Shown: one piece after another, positions 27,659 to 35,752 of the stretch
Numbering within the stretch: position 1 is the first letter of the stretch
How the letters are laid out: the number at the start of each line of letters is the position of its first letter
Origin: Frankiaceae bacterium
GTDB lineage: Bacteria; Actinomycetota; Actinomycetes; JAFAQI01
Direction of reading: 5' to 3'
Length of the DNA: 64,000 nucleotides
Assembly: GCA_019239875.1 (NCBI GenBank)
Contig: JAFAZI010000047.1
Span: 39,870-103,869 of the forward strand
Made by a program: the position numbers and the translations under genes
The notes under the pieces: generated by a model
Told to the model about the DNA's origin: nothing
Seen by the model: the letters and a program-made list of their open reading frames with translations, nothing else
The model's database searches: none

Positions 27659-30381
27659 GTCCTGCGTCGCTGGCGCACGTACCTGGTGATCGCCGGCGCC
27701 AACAAGCCGCTGAGGAGCGCAAGAGCGAGGAGGATGGGGAGCGCGACGCCGGCAAGCTTCGAGGAGCTCGCGACCGTGTTGCCCAGCGACGCCGGCGCTG
27801 GGGAGGCGACAGCAGGAGGGCTTGCTGGATCGCTGGGGCCTGGGGTGGCGGCGCCGTCGACTGCCGGCACAGTCGGAGCAGCCGACGACGGGGGCGACGA
27901 AGAGCTGCCCGTTCCATCTGGACCAGTGCCACCGTTGTTGCCGTCGTTCCCCTGGTTGTCGGCCTTCGACGGGACGAGCGATGGCACGTCACCACGCTGA
28001 GCTCGGACCGCGCTCGCCGCGCGCGTCGTGTACGCGACGAGCCGACCCAGTCCGTTCGACTTCGTCATCGGCAGATACCCAGGTGGCAAATTTCCTGGGT
28101 CGAAGCCCTGCGTCTGGCCGGGGCCGGCCGCGAAGTCGAGCAGCTTTGAGTAGTCCGTAGCGGCCGAGCTCGCAAGACCTTTGGTCGCAACGGTGGTGTA
28201 GACGATCATCGTGCCTGGATATGCGCCCTTCGCGGATGGTGCCTTGCGGAGCCGCTTCGAGTCGACGGGCCAGGTACCCGTCGTCATGTCCGGCTTCGCC
28301 GTGTCGGCAGCCGCCCGCATCGACGCCATCGTCGGCCGGACGAACGTGCGTCCGGCCAGGCTCGAGAAGTCGGACTTCGCGGCCGAGGTGGTCTGTGCCT
28401 CGAGTGACGCCATGCTGAGCCGATAGCGCTCAGCATCAGGAATGGTCGTCACGCCGAGCATGAACCGCGAGCCCAGCTGCTGGCGTCCGATGGCCACCAG
28501 CCGTTCACCCGAGCTCTGTCCCTGCAGCGGTTGGTAGCAGACGGTCTGCGAGTTCGCGATGGCGAACTGCATGGCCAGTGCGATCTGGCTCAGTCGCTGG
28601 ACCGGCGCTGCCACCAGCGGCAGGTATGGGACAGGGGTGTTGTAGAGGCAGTCGTTGAGTCCCGGCTGGTAGATGTCGGACGGAATGTATGTGTCGAGCA
28701 GCGGCCACGTGTTCACGGGGAGCTGGATGCGCTTGTAGGCCTTGTTGACCACCATCCCCCACGGGTCAGGTTTGCCGTCCAGCCATGCGCGAGCCTCGGG
28801 GTCGGCGTTGATGTAGGAGGTGAGGGCGTACATCACGTCTGACTGGCTGGAGAGGTTGAGGATCGTCGCACCGACTTGCGAGTCGGTGGTGACGCCGGGA
28901 TTGAGCGCCTCGAACTCTGGGTCGCGAGTGATGTTCAGCGGGTTCTTGGCAAGGGCCTTGTCCTTGTTCTGGATCTCGCTGATGGCCGGGTAGGACTCAG
29001 TCATCAGCTTCGCCAGCAACCGCGGATCGAGCTGGAGCTTGGTGACGGGGTCACCGTGAGCGTCGTCGATGTCGAAGGTGATCGCGAACCCGCTGACAGC
29101 GGTCGGCGCGTTGACCGTCGGGAACGGGAATCCCCCGGCCTGCGGCTGACTGGTGAAGGCTGCGTCGATCGAGCCCGACATCAGCTGAGTCCGAGCCTGC
29201 GGCTCGCCCACCTGAACGTGCTTGAAGTTGAACAGCGACTTCGTCAGGCAGAACTTCGGGGACCACTGTTGTGTGGCTTGCGTCATCAGCTCGGAGCCGT
29301 ACACGGGAACGGCCGCGCCCGCACCCACCACGTCGCAGACACTCGGCGTCTGCGCGAAGCTGAGTGGGACGGACAGCCGGTTCCGCCAGTTCGACGCGGC
29401 CCACCACAGCGCACCGCTCACCGTGGCGTCCTCGTGACCGTTCCCGTCACCAACCTCACCCGGTGCGAAGTGACCCTTCTTCACGCACTCGGCGGTGGCT
29501 TGCTCGATGTCGGGCGCTGGCGGCTTGTCGTCGTCCGGCAGCCCTTCGGCTGCGGGATCGCAGCTGATGCCCATGATCGGCACGGCGACCAGGCTGCACA
29601 CAACTCTTGCCGAGCAGCCCAATGACGTGTTCGTGTCCGCGGTCCACATGTCGAACTTCGTCGAACCCTGGCCGTTGGTCTGCGTGATGCCGTAGGTCTC
29701 GTTGCTCGGCATCGCCTGGTTGCTGTCACCGGTTGCCTCGGGCGCGGTGCCCGCGCAGCCGTTCGGCCCGCCGTAGTACTTGGTACCGCCAAGCGCGATG
29801 AAGGGGACCCAGTACTCCTCAGGCGCCGCGCCGAAACACTCCTCGGGCCTTGTTGTAGGCGCTCCGTACAGGGCGGATCGCTGTGCGGCCGAGGCGTACT
29901 TGTCCAGCCGCCACGGCGGGTAGGCCTGGTCGTTGCTCGCGTAGTTGGAATCGGACTGGAACCGCTCGGTGGTCGCGTTGGTCCAACAGGTCTGCGGCGA
30001 GAGTCGGTCGGCCTTGGGAGCGCGCTTCGAATCCAGGCCACGACACTCGAGCAGCACCATCGGATATTCCTCCTGCAGACCCAGGGAGGAGTTGATGTTT
30101 CCGACCAGACCGCCCGTCGGGTGCGCGCCGCTCCAGGACACGTCCACCTCTTGCCGATCGCGCAATCCCACCGTCTGAGCGACATGCAAGGAGACCTTGC
30201 GCTTGTCGACGACCGAGGTCGTGCCGTCCTTGGTTACGGTGCGGACAGCTGTGTGCTTGACGGTGACAGGCTTCAGATCGGCGTGCGATCGCCCGGGCGT
30301 TCCCGACGCGACACCTGTCGCAGCGGCGCCGACCGCCACCGCCGTCGCGGTGATAGCGGCCCAACGTTTTGTCAGTTTCAT
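27655..30381 (-). CDS. 909-aa secreted orphan protein, Cys-rich N-terminal region, C-terminal Ser/Pro-rich linker + TM anchor
   Basis: ATG 30381 overlaps the pstS stop (ATGA); signal peptide MKLTKRWAAITATAVAVGAAATGVASG; many paired Cys; C-terminus ...SSSPPSSAAPTVPAVDGAATPGPSDPASPPAVASPAPASLGNTVASSSKLAGVALPILLALALLSGLLAPAITRYVRQRRRT. No recognisable catalytic motif. Track ORF carries a 139-codon Arg-rich artefactual extension. Confidence 0.55.
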   Translation of the reverse strand: MKLTKRWAAITATAVAVGAAATGVASGTPGRSHADLKPVTVKHTAVRTVTKDGTTSVVDKRKVSLHVAQTVGLRDRQEVDVSWSGAHPTGGLVGNINSSLGLQEEYPMVLLECRGLDSKRAPKADRLSPQTCWTNATTERFQSDSNYASNDQAYPPWRLDKYASAAQRSALYGAPTTRPEECFGAAPEEYWVPFIALGGTKYYGGPNGCAGTAPEATGDSNQAMPSNETYGITQTNGQGSTKFDMWTADTNTSLGCSARVVCSLVAVPIMGISCDPAAEGLPDDDKPPAPDIEQATAECVKKGHFAPGEVGDGNGHEDATVSGALWWAASNWRNRLSVPLSFAQTPSVCDVVGAGAAVPVYGSELMTQATQQWSPKFCLTKSLFNFKHVQVGEPQARTQLMSGSIDAAFTSQPQAGGFPFPTVNAPTAVSGFAITFDIDDAHGDPVTKLQLDPRLLAKLMTESYPAISEIQNKDKALAKNPLNITRDPEFEALNPGVTTDSQVGATILNLSSQSDVMYALTSYINADPEARAWLDGKPDPWGMVVNKAYKRIQLPVNTWPLLDTYIPSDIYQPGLNDCLYNTPVPYLPLVAAPVQRLSQIALAMQFAIANSQTVCYQPLQGQSSGERLVAIGRQQLGSRFMLGVTTIPDAERYRLSMASLEAQTTSAAKSDFSSLAGRTFVRPTMASMRAAADTAKPDMTTGTWPVDSKRLRKAPSAKGAYPGTMIVYTTVATKGLASSAATDYSKLLDFAAGPGQTQGFDPGNLPPGYLPMTKSNGLGRLVAYTTRAASAVRAQRGDVPSLVPSKADNQGNDGNNGGTGPDGTGSSSSPPSSAAPTVPAVDGAATPGPSDPASPPAVASPAPASLGNTVASSSKLAGVALPILLALALLSGLLAPAITRYVRQRRRT

Positions 30382-32057
30382 ATCGAGTCCTTGGGCGGCG
30401 CGGTCCGCAGCCGGCGCGCCAGCATCGGCGGCCCAATCAGAATCAGCAGGAACAGAATCCCCGCCAGTGGCCCGAGCACGTCGGTGTTCTGCGAGGTTGG
30501 GATCTCGGTCGGTTGGGCCACGATGTTGGAGGTGTCCGTCGTCGTTCCACCCGGCGTGGTGTTGGTCGGGTTGGTCGGGTCGGCCACCTGACCCGGGTTC
30601 GTCGGATCGGTCTGCCCGCCGCCCCCTCCGGGAGTGGTCGGATTCGCGCCGCCGCCAGGATTGGTCGGGTTGGCACCACCACCGCCGCCGCCGGTGCCGC
30701 CGCCGTTTCCACCTCCGCCATTGCCGCCGTGGCCGCCGCCACCACTCGTCCCCGGGTCGCCGGCGTCGGTGCACGGGCCGGCACCAGCTTTGTCGCACGC
30801 CGGCGGCTTCGGTGCGATCTGCGCCAGGTGGTTGCCCTTCGGGTCACCCGGCACGAACGTGGGGTTGTGGCAGCTGTTGACGTTGCGCTTGGTGAGGTCA
30901 ACGCCGGAGTCGGCGGTCTTGAGCTCCGCAATCTGTTTGAAACCTGCCTGGACCAGGTTGACCGGGAGCGGTGAGTAGCCGATCGGGCCCATCTCGGTCT
31001 GCCCCGTGCAGATGGAGTAGAAGTCGAAGTCAGCGAGTGTCTGCCGTTTCGCCGTCGTCATGGTCTTGTCGTTCGACGCGATCGGAATGACTTGATAGGA
31101 GTACGACGACAGCGGGTAGGTGCGGACGTCCTTGTCGACGTACACGTTGTCGAGGTCCTGGAGCAGGTAGTCCTTCGAGTTCTTGTCGTAGTTGATCTTT
31201 GCCTTGAGCAGTGCGACGGCGACGTTGTACTGCGTGGGAAGCGTGAAGTAACCGGCCTTGTTCTCGATCTTCGCGACCGGGTAGTCCTTGCCCAAGGCGT
31301 AGGAGTACTCGTCGTAGCCGATGGCACCGTTGGCGGCCTTGGACGTGACGAAGTTCATCACGCCGTCGGAGCCATTCTGGGCGACCGCGTTCTTCACCTT
31401 CGATGCCGGAAAATACTCGGTGAGCTCGTCCAGGCCGTTGCCGTTCTGGTCCTTGTTGATAGAGGTCCACTCGTTCGGGAACTCGGTCGCGAGATAGCGC
31501 GTGAACTGTGCCGTCGAGCCCGAGCCCTCGGAGTGAACAACCGGAATGATCGGGATCGAGGGGAACTTGCGCCCGTTGTTGTCGGCGGTGATCTGTGGCG
31601 CGTTCCAGTTCGTGATCTTGCCGGTGAAGATTCCCGCCAACGTGGCCCCGGAGAGCCGGAGGTTGCGAACCAGCTGGCCCGCGACCTGGAGCTGGTACGG
31701 GAATGACGTACCGCCTGCGACGATCGGTAGATACGCGTACCCGCGTCCATCTGGTGAGTCGTCCGCGTTGGTGGCCGGATCCCGACCTTGGAACCCGATG
31801 TCGGTCACTGCGAAGTCGTTCTGCCGATTCGCGAAGTCCTTGCGGCCCTGCGCCGAACCGCTCGACGTGAAGACGACCTGCAGACCTTGTGATTGGACGT
31901 CCGCGATCCACTGGTTCACGGCGTTGGCACTCCAGCTCGAACCCGAGCCGGCGATCAACGCATGGCTGCCAGCCGCCTGGGCGGGTGTCGTCGCGCCGAT
32001 CGCCAGGCCGGCGACGGCGAGCGCCGCCAGGGCACGCCAGAAGGGGTTTCGCGTCAT
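30378..32057 (-). CDS. pstS: phosphate ABC transporter substrate-binding protein with C-terminal Gly-rich linker and TM anchor
   Basis: Non-lipoprotein signal peptide MTRNPFWRALAALAVAGLAIGATTPAQA|AGS; PstS fold with IIPVVHSEGSGSTAQFTRYL (SGSGT motif); C-terminus GGGGHGGNGGGGNGGGTGGGGGGANPTNPGGGANPTTPGGGGG...LGPLAGILFLLILIGPPMLARRLRTAPPKDSI; ATG overlaps the pstA stop (ATGA). Confidence 0.8.
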   Translation of the reverse strand: MTRNPFWRALAALAVAGLAIGATTPAQAAGSHALIAGSGSSWSANAVNQWIADVQSQGLQVVFTSSGSAQGRKDFANRQNDFAVTDIGFQGRDPATNADDSPDGRGYAYLPIVAGGTSFPYQLQVAGQLVRNLRLSGATLAGIFTGKITNWNAPQITADNNGRKFPSIPIIPVVHSEGSGSTAQFTRYLATEFPNEWTSINKDQNGNGLDELTEYFPASKVKNAVAQNGSDGVMNFVTSKAANGAIGYDEYSYALGKDYPVAKIENKAGYFTLPTQYNVAVALLKAKINYDKNSKDYLLQDLDNVYVDKDVRTYPLSSYSYQVIPIASNDKTMTTAKRQTLADFDFYSICTGQTEMGPIGYSPLPVNLVQAGFKQIAELKTADSGVDLTKRNVNSCHNPTFVPGDPKGNHLAQIAPKPPACDKAGAGPCTDAGDPGTSGGGGHGGNGGGGNGGGTGGGGGGANPTNPGGGANPTTPGGGGGQTDPTNPGQVADPTNPTNTTPGGTTTDTSNIVAQPTEIPTSQNTDVLGPLAGILFLLILIGPPMLARRLRTAPPKDSI

Positions 32058-33169
32058 CGCTTGGTCTTCTCCCGAGAGAGCAGTCGAGCCGCGATGAACA
32101 GGACGACGACGAGCACGAGCAGGACGCTGGCAGCGCCAAAACCTCGAGTGATGTACGTCGGTTCACCGCTGCGGACAGAGCTGAAGATGAACAACGGAAG
32201 CGAGTTCATCGGATTCTTGAGGGGGTTCGTGTTGAAGAAGGTGGAGGCGCCCGAGGTGATCAGAACGGGTGCGGTTTCACCGACAGCTCGGGCGAGGCCG
32301 AGGATCACTGCAGTCGCGAGTCCGGACCGCGCGGTCGGAAGCACGACGCGCCAGACCGTTGCCCATCGGCTGGCGCCAAGCGCAAGACTCGCTTCACGGA
32401 GACCGCCCGCCACCACCCGCAGCGAGACATCCGCCGAGCGGGCGATGATCGGCAGCATCATGATCGACAGCGCCATCGCCGCGCAGAAGCCGTTGCGCTG
32501 AAAGCCGAGCCCGAGCTGCAACACCGTGTAGATGAACAGCCCAGCGAGGATGTCCGGCAGCGCTGTCATCGCCTCCACGACGGTTCGCACCACCGTCGAG
32601 AACCGGCCACCGATCTCCACCATGTAGATCGCGGTTCCAATGCCGAGTGGCAAAGAGACTGCGGTGGCGATCGCAAGCTCGATCAGCGACCCCGCCACCG
32701 CATGCGTGATGCCACCGTGGGTGAGGGTCTCCGTCGGACCGACCCCCGCCATGTCATGGGTCCAGAAGTTGCCGTGGATCCATGCACCCTCGCCCTTGAC
32801 GAGGGTGTAGATCGCTACCGAGAGGACCGCGAAGAACACCACGCCTGCTGCGCCTGCGACGGCGGCGCCCCAGAGCCGGTCGACCACCACCGGGCGAGGG
32901 TTGCCGAAGCTGCTGACCAGGCCGTACACAGCAAGGAACGCGGCGTACCAGCAGAAGAGGAAGCCAACCTTCCCGGACAGCGGCAGCAGCTGGAAGTACA
33001 CGAGCCAGGTGAGCGCCAGCGAGCCGACGAAAGCGGCAACCAGTGATGCGATGTCGTCCTGCGTCAACCGGCCGACGGTGCGGGGCTGGTCGTCTGCACC
33101 ATCCGGATGGCTCGGGTTGACGCCCGTGCCCGATGTACCCGGCATCGGCGGCGGCGAGAGCAGTGTCAT
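32054..33169 (-). CDS. pstA: phosphate ABC transporter permease PstA
   Basis: 371 aa, 6 TM; ABC permease EAA-like region (LGASRWATVWRVVLPTARSGLATAVILGLARAVGETAPVL). Confidence 0.85.
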   Translation of the reverse strand: MTLLSPPPMPGTSGTGVNPSHPDGADDQPRTVGRLTQDDIASLVAAFVGSLALTWLVYFQLLPLSGKVGFLFCWYAAFLAVYGLVSSFGNPRPVVVDRLWGAAVAGAAGVVFFAVLSVAIYTLVKGEGAWIHGNFWTHDMAGVGPTETLTHGGITHAVAGSLIELAIATAVSLPLGIGTAIYMVEIGGRFSTVVRTVVEAMTALPDILAGLFIYTVLQLGLGFQRNGFCAAMALSIMMLPIIARSADVSLRVVAGGLREASLALGASRWATVWRVVLPTARSGLATAVILGLARAVGETAPVLITSGASTFFNTNPLKNPMNSLPLFIFSSVRSGEPTYITRGFGAASVLLVLVVVLFIAARLLSREKTKR

Positions 33170-33176
33170 GACGGCA

Positions 33177-34196
33177 TCACGCGTCCGTCTGCGCGCCGCT
33201 GCGGCTGCGGTTGACGATTATCGCGGCAACGGTGTTCACGGCGATCGTCATGACGAACAGGACGAAGCCGGCCGCGAGCAGAGCTGACAGCTGCGACGAA
33301 GACGCGTCGTTGAACTGGTTCGCGATCAGCGACGCGACGGTGATGCCACCGATCTCGAGCGGCTTGAACTTCAGGTCGTACTCCGGCGAGATGATCAGGA
33401 GCACGGCCACCGTCTCGCCCAGCGCACGGCCGAGCGCAAGCATCGTCCCGCCGATGATGCCGCCGCGACCGAACGGCAGCACGACGGACCGGATCATCCC
33501 CCAGCGCGTCGAGCCGAGGGCGTAGGCAGCCTCACGTTCCCCGATCGGCGCCTGCGCGAAGACGCCACGCATGACAGCGCAGGCCATCGGGATGACCATC
33601 ATCGAGACGATCAACGCCGCGATGAACGGCGAACTGACGTAGTTGTGCGCCGAGAAGGCCGCGGCCCGCGGGTCCGTGTCGACCTTCAGGAACGGCACCC
33701 AACCGAAGTAGGAGTTGATCCAGCGGGCGACGTACAGCGCATGCGGTGAGATCAGCAGCAAGCCCCACAGGCCATAGATGATGCTCGGCACCGCAGCCAT
33801 CAGGTCGACGAGGGCGACCAGCGTCCCCTTGAGCCAGTTCGGCGCGTACTCGCTGATGTAGACGGCGGTGCCGAGAGCAAGCGGGAACGAGATCGCCAGC
33901 GCGATCACGGCGATCTCGATCGTGCCGACGACGACACCTGAGATCCCCAGCAGGTTCTGCTCGGGGTTCCACACCGCCCGGGTGAAGAAACCCAGCCCGT
34001 AGTTGTGGAGCGTCGGGATCAGCTGATACCCGAGGAACAGCCCGATGGCACCGGTGATGACGAGTACGACGGCACCAACCCCTGTGGCGCTCACCTGAAA
34101 GACCCGGTCGGAGCCTCCGATGCCGGAGCCGAGCGAACGAGGTTTGTCGTCGTCCGGCAGAGGTGACGCCGGCGAGACGTCGGCTACTGCGGTCAT
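33177..34196 (-). CDS. pstC: phosphate ABC transporter permease PstC
   Basis: 339 aa; (YALGSTRWGMIRSVVLPFGRGGIIGGTMLALGRALGETVAVLLI). Confidence 0.85.
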   Translation of the reverse strand: MTAVADVSPASPLPDDDKPRSLGSGIGGSDRVFQVSATGVGAVVLVITGAIGLFLGYQLIPTLHNYGLGFFTRAVWNPEQNLLGISGVVVGTIEIAVIALAISFPLALGTAVYISEYAPNWLKGTLVALVDLMAAVPSIIYGLWGLLLISPHALYVARWINSYFGWVPFLKVDTDPRAAAFSAHNYVSSPFIAALIVSMMVIPMACAVMRGVFAQAPIGEREAAYALGSTRWGMIRSVVLPFGRGGIIGGTMLALGRALGETVAVLLIISPEYDLKFKPLEIGGITVASLIANQFNDASSSQLSALLAAGFVLFVMTIAVNTVAAIIVNRSRSGAQTDA

Positions 34197-34211
34197 TCCT
34201 GATGGGTCCCG

Positions 34212-35060
34212 CTACCCGAACCGGCCGTTGACGTAGTCCGAGGTCCGCTGGTCGCGCGGCCGCTCGAAGATGTCTCGGGTCGGGCCGGACTCGACGATCA
34301 CGCCCGGGGTCCCTTGCTCCGCGAGGAAGAAGGCGCACTGCTGGGAGACCCGTGCGGCCTGCTGCATGTTGTGGGTGACGATGACGATGGTGACCTGGTC
34401 GCGAAGCATCGCGATGGTCTCTTCGATCCGCCGCGTGGAGGTCGGGTCGAGCGCCGAGCACGGCTCGTCCATCAGCAGGACGTCCGGACTGACCGCGAGC
34501 GAGCGCGCGATGCACAGCCGCTGCTGCTGTCCACCTGACAGCGCGCCGCCAGGGCGGTCGAGCCGGTCCTTGACCTCTGCCCACAGCCCACCCCGCTGTA
34601 GACAGTCCTCGATCAGTGCCTCCTTGGCACTTCGGCTGACCTTCGCGCCGGTCAGTTTCAGTCCGGCGACCACGTTCTCGGCGATGCTCATCGCGGGAAA
34701 CGGGTTCGGCTTCTGAAAGACCATGCCGATGCGCTTGCGGGTCTCGGTGATCCGCTGGCCGGGCGCGTAGATGTCTTGACCGTTGAGCTGGACCTCGCCG
34801 GCGAGTTTCGCGCTCGGCACGGACTCGTGCATGCGGTTGAGGATCCGCAGGAACGTGGACTTGCCGCATCCGGACGGACCGATCAGCGCGCTCACCGTGC
34901 CGGGCGGCATCGACAGCGACACGCGGTCGAGGACCTTGTTGGTGCCGAACCATGCCGAGATGTTGACCGCGTCGAGCTGCGCGCCGGTCGGGTCTCGCTC
35001 CGGCTCGGGCTCCTCGAGCCGCGCCAGGTCGATGGTCGGCGGCGGGGCGATGGTCGTCAT
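34212..35060 (-). CDS. pstB: phosphate ABC transporter ATP-binding protein PstB
   Basis: Start at ATG 35060 (MTTIAPPPTIDLARLEEPE...); Walker A GPSGCGKST, signature LSGGQQQRLCIARSLAV, Walker B LLMDEP; track ORF 18 codons longer. Confidence 0.9.
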   Translation of the reverse strand: MTTIAPPPTIDLARLEEPEPERDPTGAQLDAVNISAWFGTNKVLDRVSLSMPPGTVSALIGPSGCGKSTFLRILNRMHESVPSAKLAGEVQLNGQDIYAPGQRITETRKRIGMVFQKPNPFPAMSIAENVVAGLKLTGAKVSRSAKEALIEDCLQRGGLWAEVKDRLDRPGGALSGGQQQRLCIARSLAVSPDVLLMDEPCSALDPTSTRRIEETIAMLRDQVTIVIVTHNMQQAARVSQQCAFFLAEQGTPGVIVESGPTRDIFERPRDQRTSDYVNGRFG

Positions 35061-35533
35061 CAGATCTCCCTGGTCAGAGCTGGGCCGGTCACAGGTTCGA
35101 CTGCCATCTGCCACGAGCGGGGTGGTTCACCGTTCGCGACCTCGGCGATGGCGGCTGCGGCCGCGAAAGCCGCCACGTTGTAGGTGCATTCGCGGTGGCG
35201 GGCGTAGCCGCGGCTCGATGTCGCGACTGCCAGCCCCTCCAGAAACAGTCGCCAGCCCCAGGTGGTCGTGTGGGGCACGGTGAGGATGTGAGCCTCCGCA
35301 TCGACGATTCGATCCCGGAGCAGCTCGGCGTGTTCGCGGGCATGGACGAGATCGGGGAACACCCTCGGGCTGCGACCGAGCTCGCGGTGGTTGGCGCCGG
35401 TGAGTCGCCAGGCGACCCAGGAACCATCCGCATTGAGCTCTCCCTCGAACTGTTGGTGCACGTCGGGCCACACCGGATGCGCCTCCGGGCCACGACCCAC
35501 GCCGACGACGAAAAGGAACCGCGGCGGCTTCAC
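35060..35533 (-). CDS. tandem DUF1508 (YegP-like) repeat protein, first gene of the pst operon
   Basis: GTG 35533 after RBS GGAGGGGGA; two internal repeats DGSWVAWRLTGANHRELGRSPRVF...AREHAELL and TTTWGWRLFLEGLAVATSSRGYARHRECTYNVAAFAAAAA match the YegP/DUF1508 pattern (W.[FW]RL...NGE.ia.S..Y.s...a..gi..v); stop overlaps the pstB ATG (ATGA). Confidence 0.5.
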   Translation of the reverse strand: MKPPRFLFVVGVGRGPEAHPVWPDVHQQFEGELNADGSWVAWRLTGANHRELGRSPRVFPDLVHAREHAELLRDRIVDAEAHILTVPHTTTWGWRLFLEGLAVATSSRGYARHRECTYNVAAFAAAAAIAEVANGEPPRSWQMAVEPVTGPALTREI

Positions 35534-35618
35534 CCGTCCCCCTCCTCGTCCTCCCCACCGCACGAGACGTTCGTCGGCTCCGTCAACGACAACTGATCTA
35601 CGACGCCACGGAGCGCAC

Positions 35619-35651
35619 GCAGGCCGAACGGCAGATGAGCGAAAGATGAAC
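35619..35651 (-). promoter_or_regulatory. candidate PHO box (three 11-nt direct-repeat units) upstream of the DUF1508-pstBCAS operon
   Basis: Minus strand TTGTTGTTCATCTTTC-GCTCATCTGCC-GTTCGGCCTGC, about 86 nt upstream of GTG 35533, in the divergent intergenic region shared with the alpha/beta hydrolase gene. Confidence 0.4.
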
Positions 35652-35752
35652 AACAAAAGACGGTCGACGGTTCGGGCGCGAGAACCCGTGCAAAAGCCTC
35701 AATCCGTACCGGCGATGGTGTGGCGAGCCGCAGCATGAGGCATCGTGGTCGT

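Noticed and set aside
26331-27995. 554-aa minus-strand ORF overlapping the sortase-like gene in another frame
   Set aside because: Arg-rich, repetitive (RRR, PRR) translation; the alternative frame (26675-27658) gives a full-length sortase-fold alignment and correct ATGA coupling.
31889-33046. 385-aa plus-strand ORF (and 25391-26437, 17004-17846, 13128-13604 and similar)
   Set aside because: Shadow ORFs antisense to pstA/pstS, the PstS-like gene, the RipA-like gene and sirA respectively; rich in R/G/D runs with no domain signatures.
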